A DNA stretch of 64,000 nt from assembly GCF_001194135.2 (NCBI RefSeq), contig NC_068988.1, positions 80,215,059 through 80,279,058 of the forward strand, read 5' to 3'. The notes beneath the pieces are model-generated. The model searched no databases. It saw only the letters and a list, made by a program, of their open reading frames with translations, and was not told where the DNA came from. This document shows, in pieces, positions 51,235-64,000 of the stretch (its first letter is position 1; each line of letters starts with the position of its first letter). The DNA is from Octopus bimaculoides. Taxonomy: Eukaryota. Position numbers and translations under genes: made by a program.

Positions 51235-52127
51235 TGCCAATGTAATTAGTTTACTTTCAGTTTTGGTAGTGTCAGAACCAGTGTATTTAAGAGATCAAAT
51301 ATAGGTTTCACTCCATTGAAGCTAAAAAAAAAGCTTTGATCCTGTAGATGTGACACCCGTATATCCTCTCTAGGAGTGATAATATTAAACTAGTTTTAGA
51401 GCGAGAGAAAATTTATATATTCTCATATAGAATTTAATTTGATTTAAATCTAAATGTAGCAGAGTAGAAGTAGACAGTAATATATAGAAGTAAATAGAAA
51501 CAATGCAATTATATATACAAGTGAAATATATTCAAAAAATAAAGTTTTCTAATGGAAGGGTGAAAATGTTTTAGTCTTTTGGTTTACAAACAGAGAACTA
51601 TGAAACATTAATGAGCATAAAATATCTCTGTTGCCTTAGATTACAGTGTCTGTATCATCAGCAACAGCAGCACTATCATCATCATCACCATCACCACCAT
51701 CATCATCATAGGCAGTTAGATGATGATGACTGTGTACAAAACGACACAGAAAGAAATCGATTTCCTCCACTTGTCATTTGTAGTTCTGTTATCTATCTCC
51801 AATCTTCTCATGTTAAATTTTGTATATTTTTGCATCCCTGTCAGATCTACCCATGTGTTTGAGCCACTAAACAATTGTGAGTAGAGTAACTTTCTAGACA
51901 ACTAAATTTCCTGCATTCTTTTAACATGCCTAAGAGAGCAGAGCTATATTCTATTATTACATCTTCCATGCAAAGAATCTCAGCTTCCATTAGAATGAGC
52001 ATCTTTCTGGCCTTGTCTTTCCATATCATATTCATGATCTATCTAAGCTGTCATATGAATGTATATAGTCATTTAAGCCTATTTGTGGTATATTGTTCGT
52101 GTCTCTGATCTGTATAAGAGACGAGTG

Positions 52128-53262
52128 TAGGAGCATTATTTCCCTTTGGCAGAACTGTTATCCATCTATGCGTGGTTTTGTTAGTGTTGTCAACTGCTTT
52201 GCCTCGCACATAGATACACACTGCTGTCTGTCACTGGACACAGGAAAGATTTTCATGAGTTCCAATCAAGCCTTGGGAGAAGTAAGACGTATTGTTATGT
52301 CCACACATGAACATTGCCAGTAAAATTTGGCAAGGAGTTGCTACCCATGATGGAAGGACAGTACAACACTTGAATAAGAAGAAAATCAGAAATAGCTGCT
52401 AGGAACAGATAAGCAATTTCGCAGGAAAAACCAGTGAGGAAGATGAAGACAGGTGAATGTTGGACAAAGCTCCATGGTACTGGCATAAAACACTGACAGC
52501 CGAAATTGTGGAAGAAAAATATTTCAGAAGGAAATTATTTGAAAGAACACCATGTATTTCCTTGAAAAGAGAATGCATAACCTATTTGGTATAAGTTTGA
52601 GATGAGGAAGATGAATTCCAGAGGTTCAATTGAGCAAGAGAAAATATTCTTACATTGGGTCACCAATTTTTAGTGGATAGACACTCAGGTTTTATAATAG
52701 TGGTAATAGAATACCTTGTAATGCAATAATTATAATTCCATGTAGATGTGAATAATGGACAATGTTCAGAAGGCTTAACAGAACAATAATAATTTATTGG
52801 AAGAGGAATTGGTGACAGAATTAAATCAAAGCTTGCTTGCCGACATCTGGTGTATAGCATTCAGAGATAGGGCATAACAGTATCCTAAGTGAATAGAAGG
52901 AATAAGTCCCAAATCATAAGGTTACAAATTCAAATGCGGTGTATGCAGCATATTAAAAATATAACACAGTTACTTTATGATGTAAAAATATGGAACATAA
53001 TAAATTTTCAAACAGTCTCATAATCTGGTATTAAATTCGAGAATGTTTCTCCATTAGATATTTCCACACAATATTGAGTTCAGACAGAGACATAACAATA
53101 CATCTTACTTCTCTCAAGACCTGACTGGAACTGATGAAAAACTTTTCTGTGTCTGGTGAAAGGCAGCAGTGTGTATCTATGTGCAAGGCAAAGCAGTTGG
53201 CTACACTAACCAAATCACACATAGCTGGATAACAGTTCCACCAAAGGGAAATAGTGCTCCTA
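52128..53262. repeat. Two inverted copies of a 174-bp repeat (52128-52301 + and 53089-53262 -)
   Basis: taggagca.tatttccctttgg..gaactgttatcca...gcacatagatacacactgctg...gtaaga.gtattgttatgtc. Confidence 0.85.
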
Positions 53263-54620
53263 GAGGGGGATAATACTACTGCTTGGTATACCTTGCTCTT
53301 GACTTGGACTAACACATGCTCAGTATTTTACAGATGCCCTCTCAATTACTTTCTCAATTTTTTGAGTGCTGAGCTGGCCTTGCTTATCCTACAGTCACTA
53401 AACCTGCCATCATTACTGATTGTACAGCCCAGATCAGTAAAGCCTCTATCAAATCCAGCCCTTCAATAATGACAGGCTTAGATTGTGTTACCTGACTTGT
53501 GTTAGAACTTGTCTGATAAAGAATGCTACTTTTCAAACCAAACTTTGTGGCTATGCTATATGAAACATCCATCAGACTTTGTATGATTTATACAGTATGA
53601 AAGACAAGAACGCAATCACAGTCATTAACAAACAATATTTTTCTAATTAACATGAGGTGCAACATCATTAAAGGTTAGCATCAGGTCATGTTTGTATGTA
53701 TCAGTTGATTTGTGGAATGTTTCCTTGAAAATCACTGTAAAAAAGTAAGAATATTGGTGCTAGCATTCAGCACTGCTTAACTTCTATTGTAACATCAAAC
53801 AGTTGTAGAGCTGAGTCCTCATTCATATGTGTAAATATTTCTGGACGTTCAGATTTGAGTATCTGTCACAAGCTTGACACTTTTGCAGTGTTCAATATCT
53901 TTGTGAAGTCAACAAATGCAAACAATACTTTGTTTTGTTCCATACCTTTCTCCTGGATTTGATAGAGATAGAATATTATATCCATGGTGCTTCTAAGATT
54001 TTCTTCCACAATCTATTGAGCAACATTCATGAAAGGAATTTCCTGGCTATAGACAGCAGTGAAATCCTTTCCACACTCATCCCTTCTACCTTTCTTGAGA
54101 ACAGGGACAATGTTAGTTTCAAGTTCTGTGAAACATCACCATCCCTCCATCTTTCCCACATCAACTCTTACAGACAGCTAATGCATTTGTCATTGACATT
54201 TTACCACACTTCCATTGGAATACTATTTCATCAAGTGCCATTATATTTAAAAGTGATCTGGTTGTAACCATTACATCAATTGTTACACCACATTTTCCAA
54301 ACATTCCTATTTGTTAATCAAATGCTTTAGAAAATGGGTCCTTTCTCTCAAAAATCATCAGCTGATCTCATTCGAGTGACCCCCCGCCCTCCACTTCTTT
54401 TGTGGTTCATATTCGTCCTTTGTCCAGCAAAAAAGATACAAAAATCATTGAAATCAGTGGTGATTTGTAGTACAATTGTTTTGCTTTTCCACTTCCCCAG
54501 ATTCATCTGTTGCAGTCTTCTCTTGGTTTCTCTGAGTTTAGAGTTTGATTGAGTGTTGGCAGCTCAAAAATATTTCTGATAAGTTTGGTTGCATTGCTCT
54601 CATAATGAAGGGAAAATAGT
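53030..54620 (-). mobile_element. Old RTE (BovB-like) RT remnant
   Basis: VLFAFVDFTKILNT, MDVSYSIATKFGL and KSKVYQAVVL, with many stops and frameshifts. Confidence 0.7.
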
Positions 54621-54900
54621 ATCCTTGCAAGCAAGATTAAATCCTCATATTACTGGGAACTTAATCTTACCAGAAACAAGATAACCTCCCTTGCACCAGT
54701 TTCACAAATGACTGGCAGCAGGCAGGGCATCTTATCACTTACCAAAAATGGAATATACAAGAAGTGAGACATGGTTCATGATCTACCAAGAAAGGCAGTG
54801 AACCTGAATGAAAACTGACCCAGTCTGCGATGAACCCTTCGACCCATATCAGCAGGGAGAAAAGCAAGCACAAGTGATGATGAATAAGTGATGATGTGTG

Positions 54901-54944
<44 letters not shown>

Positions 54945-55228
54945 TGTGTCTGTGTGTGTCTGTGTCNNNNNNNNNNTGTGTGTGTGTGTGTCTGTGTCTG
55001 TGTGTGTCTGTGTCTGTGTGTGTCTGTGTCTGTGTGTGTCTGTGTGTGTGTGTAACTGTTCCCTATAGTTAAAGCTTTAATCCATTCTTTTATTCATTCA
55101 CTCAACACTAGTATTATTCAATAGTATTGTTTCAAATATTCCCTATGCAATGTTTCTTACTTCTTGCTTTCTTCTCTTAATATTTTGTTCTTTTATCCTT
55201 TCCCCACAGCTTATTATTGTTAAACCCA

Positions 55229-55281
<53 letters not shown>

Positions 55282-56224
55282 TCTTGATTTGCTGGCTTGT
55301 TTAACCCATTTATATTTAAACCAGTCATATCCAGCCCAAATAACCTGCCTGTTTTATTTTCAAACTGGCCTTGTCCAGCTTCTCACACTTACTCTACAAT
55401 GTCATTGTAAATTTTAGAAATCACAGCATCGAAATCTTGAAGCTACAAAATAGTGCCTGATTAACTCAAAACAATGTGAATAAATAAGCTTTACATTTGG
55501 TAAACTGAATGCTAAAGGGTCAAATTTCACCCTTAAGATTGTCTTCTATTCAGCCCCTAAGAAGCCACATTTCACTATCAAAGACCATAAGCCCAATTTC
55601 TTAAACAAACCTACAACTCAGCTTGTTTACTCCATGAAAATTAACATAGGAATCATTAGCAAACATGTTGAATCAAGAACAACATTGAATCAAGAAACAA
55701 GATTTAATCATGAACAACAACATGCAGAATAATTTAAGGTTAACATTTTGATGTACAATTAAACCTTGGGAGAGGCATTATTTTGATGTAGTTTTGATGT
55801 AGTTTTGATAGCTGATTTATAATAATTCTCTACCCACATGTTACATTAATTCATCCACAATCAATGAACTAAACAACATCTCATCATTCACTACATTTGT
55901 CTCTTCCTTCCCCCAGCTCTCACAGCTGAATGCCATTTTGTCAGTTTTCTCTTCTGTCCTACCCCTGCCAACTATATCATTGCTATCCAATATACCTGTG
56001 TTCACCACTCACTCCACTCACCTTTTCTGCCTTTCTCTCCCACCTTCCTTTTGCACTCCACTTATACTCATCTGCTTGTACCTTGAGGGTATGGGTATGC
56101 CCTGGTATGTCTTCACTGTCCTCTTCTCTCCCTCATTCATTTTCTCTCTCTATCTCTCTCTCTCTCTCTCTGACTGAGGTAGCCATGTATCTCCTCTGCA
56201 GCAAGACACCTGTTTCTGTCCTCC

Positions 56225-56525
56225 TATCATAGTTTAACTTCTCATCACCTGGCACAAAGTCACCTCCCTCAATACCAATCCCCCTCTCAGTTGAGGGGTC
56301 TCTGTCTTGCATGTTACTTGGTGACCTCACTGGTGCTAATGCCACATAAAAAGCACTCAGTATACTCCGTAAAGTGGTTGACCTTAGGAAGTGCATCCAG
56401 CCATAGAAACCATGCCAAAGCTGACAGTAGAGCTTGGTACAGTCCTCTTGCATAGTAGCTTCTGTCAAACTGTCCAGTCCATGTCAGCATGGAGATCAGA
56501 CATTATATGATGTTGGTGATGATGA
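56225..56525 (+). mobile_element. Repeat ending in a diverged RTE-type 3' tail and (GAT)n
   Basis: gccacataaaaagcac...taggaag.gcatccagcc.tagaaac...cagcatgga. Confidence 0.7.
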
Positions 56526-56745
56526 TGAAATATATATATACACACATACACACCCATATTTATATAGATATATACACATACACTCATACACATACATATA
56601 TTTATATGCATGTATATGTATATACATATGTATGTATGTATAGTACACATTTTGATCAGTATATCAAGTATTATACAGAGATAATTATAGATGTTCAGCT
56701 GTGATATTATAGTTTGAAATGCAATGCTACTGCACTCATACTGAC

Positions 56746-56812
56746 CAGTGATATTTTGTTGAGTCCATATCTTCAATCAAATCTGTTAGATGTTCACCAC
56801 AATTCTCCAATT
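56746..56812 (-). CDS. CERKL: CERKL-like exon
   Basis: cctttcAG acceptor and TG|GTCAGT donor. Encodes (E)LENCGEHLTDLIEDMDSTKYH(C). 67 bp, phase 1/2, joins both flanking exons in frame. Confidence 0.85.
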
Positions 56813-57174
56813 CTGAAAGGAAAATAAATAGAATATATTAAAACAGAAAAATATTTTATTACATTCTACATCCTGTACAGAGATTTACTAAAATAAAGAA
56901 TAATAATAACAAATTCAATGCCTTATATATTGGGATCAAGGGAATGAAGCCCATGCACAAGACTGGAAGGCTGAAATATAAAGTTAACATTTGCAGGATT
57001 TGAATTCGGAACATACAGAGATGTAATTAAGTATAATATTCTGCCAATTCCACCACCTACTACCCTTGTATATTCATATTAATGAATTTATGTTGGTTAA
57101 AATTGTAACAATTTTTATGACTCAATCTGAGCCAGAATATCGCCTTGAATCATTGCTGTCTTGTATCATTTTAA

Positions 57175-57410
57175 ACCAGTATGTTACTTTAATCCAGTGT
57201 GTCACTTTGAACCATTATTGTATCAATCCAGTGTCACCCTGATCCAGCATATTACCTTGATCTAGTGAGTTACCTTGAACTGCTATTGTTTTGATCCAGA
57301 GTGTCACCTTGATCTAATATGTCAACTTGACCCAGGGTACTATCTTGATCTAGTGTGTTACATTGAACTATCATTATCTTGATCCAAAGTGACACCTTAA
57401 GCCAGATCTA
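57175..57410. repeat. Degenerate minisatellite (about 17-bp ttgatccagtgtgtcacc unit)
   Basis: Periodic ttgatc(c/t)ag...(t/c)acc. Confidence 0.65.
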
Positions 57411-59190
57411 AAATGAGCTGAACAGCCATCTTAAGCCAAGTAACCCTTTGAGTCAGAGTGTCTCATAAAATCGGTGTTCAGCACTAGATTCAGTTACTTT
57501 TTACAAGTTAGAGCTGATGTTTTCCTCAGGGACATTTGCCAAATTCTAGGTGAGTCTAATATTCCTACAATAGCATGTCCTGCTCAAAAATACAATAAAT
57601 GAGCTGTAACAGATTTGCACTCATAACTTATTTCCTGGATTTACCATTTAGCCATTTAGCTTCTGTTTGGAGTGTCTTTTCATGGAAAACTATACAATCT
57701 AAGAATTAAAAAAATATGACTATTTTGTTTTGGAGGCCCATTTTCTTTTCCTAATTGACATAAATGACATGACAAGTGTCACCAAATACAGTAAAATAAA
57801 AATGTTTGCAGATGACTCTAGCTTTCAGAAAGTCTTCAACAAGATAAGTGACTGGCCAGAACTTCAATTTGATCAAAACACTATGATTTAATGAGCAAGA
57901 AAAATAACAATATGTTGCTAAATGAGAAAATTTTTTTATCACATCTACCATGAAAAAGATGTGCTTAAACAACCAAATTGTTTTTCTGCAAGAGGACCTC
58001 AAATGATGTAAAATATTAGAGACTTATGTGAAAATGTCGACAACATAAACTAGAGCAGCACTACACCATCAATAAAATTGACATAATGTACAGAATGTGC
58101 TCTTTGATCCTATTCACTACCCTTTGAATACTGTTACTTACTGTGATATCTCCATGTCAAACACAAGACTTTGAGAACTGAAGACCTGAGAAAGTCAATA
58201 CCCCAACCAAAACATAAATGTCAAAGCAGGCCTTGATTACTACAATCACTTTGAAAAGCTTCATCTCTATTCTCTCCAATATTATCAGAAGCACTATAAC
58301 ATTTATAAAATGTGGAAAATATTCCATCTCCCAAAGGTTGTTTGTGTCAAGGATAGCTCCCAATGTCATATGTCCCACACAAAAATCAAGCTCACATTAC
58401 TTTACAACTCAACTATTTTATCTCAACTAGTCCTACTCAATTCAATGCTATCTCAAAACAAATCAAACAGTATAATGACTCCATAATCTTTAAACATTGC
58501 CCAAATATATTCCTCCAAGAAATATCAGATAAACCCTTTTACTTTAGTCCATTTCAGCCAACAATTCCCAGCTTAAGTGAGCAATGATGTCACTTAAATA
58601 TAATTTTAAAAGAATGGTGCCTCTATGTTTGATAAATCCTTGTATCTTGCAGGCTGAACCTAATTTTATTAGTTGAAGTTTTAATTACAAATCAATTAGT
58701 CATTCTTCCATTAAAATTGACTTCCATAATCAACACTTTAAAATTCCTATTTTCATATGTATCACTATGTTCGTGTGTCACTAGATCTGCCCTCCTTACA
58801 GCAGTTAAGACATTGATTTTCATATACTTGTGCTATCCATTATGAATCAATAGTTGAGGTATTGATTTTGCTCATTTAATATCCATATTCCATGCTGACT
58901 TGGGTTGGATGGTTCAACAGAATTTGATGAGCCAGAGGTAAGTGTTGAGAACCCCCAACCCCTAACTCTCTCACGTTATATATATATATATATATATNNN
59001 NNNNNNNNNNNNNNNNNNNNNNNNNNNNNNNNNNNNNNNNNNNNNNNNNNNNNNNNNNNNNNNNNNNNNNNNNNNNNNNNNNNNNNNNNNNNNNNNNNNN
59101 NNNNNNNNNNNNNNNNNNNNNNNNNNNNNNNNNNNNNNNNNNNNNNNNNNNNNACCTCTATTTTATGCGTGTGTATATGTCTGTGTGTGC

Positions 59191-59235
<45 letters not shown>

Positions 59236-59385
59236 TCCCTTTTACTTTTTCAAGTTGAAAGTAAAACAGTTCAATAACACACAATTAATGCCATAACAAT
59301 ATGAAATAATGATGTACAACATGCATGAAATAGAGGTATTGATATACCATAATAAAATGATATGACAATCAGTAAAATATTTTAC

Positions 59386-59517
59386 CAGAGAAATCAATAT
59401 TTGTGTTTGCATTTTTGAAGATTGGTTCCACAATTGAACCATATGTCATTAATCCCTGTTTGTTTCCAGCATGCGGCTGACACAAAACTCTTAGATTCTT
59501 TGGACGCTCTGGGAAAC
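59386..59517 (-). CDS. CERKL: CERKL/ceramide-kinase-like gene, first exon visible in window (start of DAGK catalytic domain)
   Basis: ttttCAG acceptor and G|GTAAAA donor. Encodes FPERPKNLRVLCQPHAGNKQGLMTYGSIVEPIFKNANTNIDFS, matching the RPKxLxxxxNP..G/K motif of CERK/CERKL. 132 bp, phase 1/1. Confidence 0.9.
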
Positions 59518-59649
59518 CTGAAAATATTACATATTGTAGATATTTAACAATCAACATTAATTTATGCAATATAATGATTTACATTAGTTAAATTGTTTCA
59601 TCTTGATAATTTGTTGTATTAAATTAAAAATTTAGGCAATTCTATAGAT

Positions 59650-62600
59650 GATACTAAACTTGAAGTGGTTAAGCCAAAATTCCTTGCATCATGTGGCATC
59701 AATGATGTTCTATATCCTGCACTAATTCTTGTCTGTTCATTTAAAGATCTACAGTGCATAGCTGAAAAAATAAATCTAAAGGATGATTTATCATCTCAGA
59801 CAGGTTTATTTTTGGACCTAAAGAACGAGCTAATGAGTAAATTTTTATGATTCAAAGCACATTCTATACATAAACTCTTTGCAATCAATGATGACCTAAA
59901 AGTAGAGACTATAGAATTGACATATTTTACTGGAATTAATTGTACTCAGATATAAATAAAGTGTTATGATTGTCTAAAAACGTCACTTAAAACATCCATC
60001 TCAGACGTTATTGTAATGGTGCTGTCAAGATGAGTATATGTTCTTGGATCAATAATAATAGTCATGTTCTCATATATATTTTACTTTACCAACAAGGGCT
60101 ATTGGATCAATAATCCTGCAGTTAAGTTCTTATACAGACGTATTTTACATGACCATCAGGGACTATTGCCAACAAGTAATTGAACAAGTTGCAAGAATTG
60201 TTGGTCATCCCATTCTTGTAGGTCCTGTCCTACATATGGGTAAAAAATGCTTGCATTGTGGTAAATTGGACTGTTTCAGTAAATCTTGTGGATGTAAGCC
60301 TTCTTTCCAAATCTGTTGGTGACATTACTATTAAAGGTATGAGTTCTAAACACTCTAATGGTGAGGAAGTGACTTTGAATATTAATTATGCAACATATAA
60401 TAAAATACATTGACTTCCTTCTAAAGTGAATGGATGTGCACTTCAAATGCAATTGGAAACTGGTGGAGCATGTTCCATCACTCTGGTTTTGCTAATAATA
60501 AAGTTACCATTTATTAGCAAACCTACTGAAAGACATTTAACTTATTATGATAGGTCAAAACTTGAGATTGCTGGCACCACAGCTTAAGGATAACTTCAGA
60601 GATATGACAAACAGCACTTCTCCTTTGCAGTGGTTAATAGCCTTTATAACTCTAGATTAACCAGTGCTGACATTCTGAAAGATATGTTATGCTGCTATGT
60701 TTTAAAGTATTATTTACTGCCAATAAAAAAAGCTGAAATGGTTAAAATTTCATTATCAGTTACAATTAAAAACAATATCTGTTCAGTGTGCCCAGTATAC
60801 ACAAGAAAAGGAATTTGAAAATGAACCTCAGCTTTGAAGTAATGAAATTCATATTTCATACATGTATGATGACAATGATACATTACCAATTATAGGGGAG
60901 TGAAAGTAAGGTGTAAATTAAAAATTGTGAATAAATTACAGAGTAGATATCAATGACAAGATTCAAGCTTTTTCTTATATAACTTTTCATCTCCAAACAA
61001 TGTCCACTAATATGTAGAGTTAATGTTAGGTTAGGTTTTATTTTCCTTCAGTTGTCTTAAAGAGTGCATACTGAAAAAGTTTGTGAGCGAGTGTTTGCAA
61101 TAGACTTTACTTAGAAAATAAACTTCAGATGGGTCTTGAAAATAACAACTCCATTCTTCAAAATTTTATCATCATCTGGAGGGATGATCAAATTAACAGC
61201 ATAATTAGCAGTAATTGAAGAATCAATAAATTACAGTTATTATCAGACTGAAAGGAGCTTGTATATTGATTAATCCAAATTATTTAATTAATTATATATC
61301 ATCCATATTTTGTGTGAATATTTTGAAAGATGGGATCCACTGATCATACAGTCTCATAGACAAGATCCAATGGACAGGTGTTTCCAAAGTGAAAGGTAAA
61401 GAAAATATTTGGGTTTGATAAGTTATAGTCGCCAGTTTATACCAAAATTTGCAGGCAAAGTTTAGTTTCTTCTTGCAGCAGAAAGAGAATGTCTTTTCAT
61501 GAGGAAACACAAGCGTAGCTCCTTAAATAGACAAAAAACTTCTTACACAATACTCAGTTTTGGTAAAATTGTCTATTCAATATGGAACAACTCTTACAGC
61601 CTGTGCTTCTGAATTTGTAGCTGGAGAAATAATGTCTCAAAATGGAAAGTCCATAAAATATATGTGTCAAACACATGATAGCAATATTGAATGGGAATCT
61701 TATGTGGTGACATAGTGGGCTGAAAGATAAGGATATATTCAATAAGAGAAAATTTTCACACTGGAGATGCTGTCACTGCAGCACACTTTTTCTTTTTTTT
61801 CTTTTCATAAAATCTTGATGTTGTCAGACAAGCTTCTCATCAGATTGTTAAGTGGGTCATCCCATTATCACAAAATGATTTCGAAATTATTTACATGCTT
61901 AGGGCAAACCATCAGTCATGTTGATGTCCTTAGTATGACAAAAGTACAACTCAAATTAGTTTGTTAAAGTGTTCTTTACAAATGACATTACATTCTGACA
62001 CAGGTAATAATGAATTTTCTTTTGCTAATGCTCAAAAATTTGAAGGCATTAAAAATAATTTTAACATAAGTACACTTTAAGTTAAAGTATCATATTGCTG
62101 GAAAAGATTGGTCAAGACTAACTCATTCAGAACAATAATTTGCTAGACATTCTTGTGAACTGACTGTAAAGAATGGTCTAATCTTTAATAAATTAAACAG
62201 ACTATTTATTCCCAAACTTTATTGGAAACAACTTCTCAACAATTTATGATATACATATAGCTGTAGAACAAATGATAAAAAAAAGGGAACAAGCACTTGA
62301 GTTTGGTGTCTTTATCTTAGCAATACTGTAGAACTTGTCAGATTTTGTAACATGTGCTAAAATCAGATTTAAAGGCATCCCTTGCACTGCTAGGTGCATT
62401 GAATCACTGCTTTAGGGAAAGATTATATTTAGACTGGGGATATGTATAAAATGCTGGGAATGTATCAATCGTAATTGACTCATACACCTCTGGGATTAAA
62501 ATCCTTTTATGTTCCCGTGGGTGCATAAGGAAATGTCTATTTTCCAACTTCTCTAACTTTGGTATTCTAATGACAGTCGTTTTGAGCAGTGGACTAGAAT

Positions 62601-62750
62601 TCATTCAATTAAAGGACTGTTTAAACTGATTTGATTGCAAGATAATTACACACTTTATCTAATGTTTCCTCAGTTTTTTAGGTGTCAACATATATATGAA
62701 ACTCTTATACTGTGTAAATTACTTTTTCATCCTATGATAAATATGTATGC
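59650..62750 (+). mobile_element. Highly degenerate Ty3/Gypsy LTR retrotransposon internal region (gag-PR-RT/RH-INT)
   Basis: In order: CPTYGKKCLHCGKL knuckle (about 60230), LQMQLETGGACS protease (about 60450), GLISYSRQFIPKFA (about 61410), FEIIY..GQTISHVDVLS (about 61890), W...NTVELVRFCNMC and RLYLDWG...IVIDSY integrase (about 62300-62500). LTRs not identified. Confidence 0.8.
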
Positions 62751-62839
62751 ACAATGAATTTATAATGAGTAACAATTATTATTACTGTATTAAAAGAAAT
62801 GTCTCCTCCATATACTATCATTATCATATTAAGAAGAAA

Positions 62840-63385
62840 GGCAATGAATTGGTAGTAATGTTAGCATGCAGGACAAAATGCTCAGTGGCATTTCTTCTGG
62901 CTTTATATTCTGAGTTCAAATACCACCAAGATTACCTTTGCCTTTCATTCTATTAAGGTCAGTAAAATAAGAACCAGTTCATTTCTGGGGATCGATGTTT
63001 CTGACTTTCCTCTTCCCTCAAAATTGCTGGCCTTGCACCGATATTAGAAAGAATTATTAGTGTGTTTAAGGAAATTATTATTATTAAATTAAGAAAGGCA
63101 GTGATCAGCTGGCAGAATCATTAATCCATTGGACAAAATGCTATGGAATTTCTGATTCTTTATGTTCTAGGTTGACTTTTGCAGTCAATAAAATAAGTAC
63201 CAAAGGCAGCGAGCTAGCAGAAACATTAGCACACCAGAAGAAATGCTTAGCAGTATTTCATCTGTCTAAGTTCAAATTCCACCGAGGTTAACTTTGCTTT
63301 TCATCTTTTCAGGGTCGATAAATTAAGTACCAGTTGCATACTGAGGTCGATCTAGTCGACTGGCCTCCTCCCCCAAAATTTATGT
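62840..63385 (+). mobile_element. Three tandem family A SINEs
   Basis: Copies at about 62840-63053, 63095-63200 (deleted) and 63203-63385, with (ATT)n between the first two. Confidence 0.82.
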
Positions 63386-63409
63386 ATGTGTATGTGTGAA
63401 TACACACAC

Positions 63410-63447
<38 letters not shown>

Positions 63448-64000
63448 TTCATAAACAACATCCCCAAATTTAATGGTACACCAAAAAGTGGTGTGTAAAA
63501 GCTTACTTTGCATCAATTGTAACGTTTGGAGTATTTACTATAGGTTCTTTTTCAACCATTTCAGTATATTTGATGTCTGTAAGCTATCTCCAGCTGAGGA
63601 ATCACTTGGCAGTCAATTAGGAGTGATTATGGTCCCTTTTTAATACTAGGTTTGACAAATGCTTACAAGAACACAATATAATAAAATTCTCTGTGGAGAC
63701 AAATTATCTGATTCATGCTGACAGAAAACACAATCTGGATTAAACACAAAGCTCATTGAGGCTATTGGAGCAAATAATTTCTAAATATTCTCCTCCAACC
63801 AAAACATCAGTTAATCATAATAATGTTGTCAATGGACCAGCATCACCAACTTCTCCATCTCATGTAAAGCTACCATTTAATCATGTGACCCATGTGGTAA
63901 TGGAATGGTTCTAACAGATCAGCATCAAGTTTTTCCAGCTACCAGCAGCAGCAGCAGCAGCAGTTCCACCACCACTGCCACCATTACTACTACTACTACC

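Noticed and set aside
51611-51862. Poly-Q/poly-H ORF
   Set aside because: It is a (CAG)/(CAT) microsatellite with no coding context.
62404-62604. Minus-strand ORF with vaguely RT-like look
   Set aside because: It is the shadow of + strand Gypsy integrase sequence (RLYLDWG...IVIDSY).
59518-64000. Upstream (PH-domain) exons of the CERKL-like gene
   Set aside because: No candidate with a phase-1 donor and family similarity was found by eye. The region is mostly Gypsy and SINE, so the exons probably lie beyond the window.

Overview
AT-rich, repeat-dense eukaryotic DNA with N gaps. The SINE/LINE families and the heavy (TA)n/(CA)n/(ATT)n/(TATG)n load point to a coleoid cephalopod, probably Octopus (inference). 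One protein-coding gene crosses almost the whole window on the minus strand. I reconstructed by hand 11 GT-AG exons in one continuous reading frame (59517 down to the stop at 4630; 1343 nt, about 447 aa). They encode the DAGK-type catalytic region and C-terminus of a ceramide-kinase-family protein most like CERKL; the 5' exons were not found and probably lie beyond 64000. The protein has substitutions at conserved ATP/Mg motifs, a CERK-type CxxxCxxC motif, a polybasic insert and a C-terminal CaaX-like CLFT. The introns hold nested, decayed mobile elements: RTE, RTE-X, CRE and R4/Dong LINE remnants, Penelope-like pieces with hammerhead-like motifs, two mariners, a 3.9-kb hAT with a perfect 8-bp TSD, MITEs, a degenerate Gypsy element, a probable solo LTR, two tRNA-SINE families and several long inverted repeats. 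Most supplied ORFs are microsatellite or gap artefacts. Comparisons to human proteins and repeat families are from memory and need confirming by alignment.
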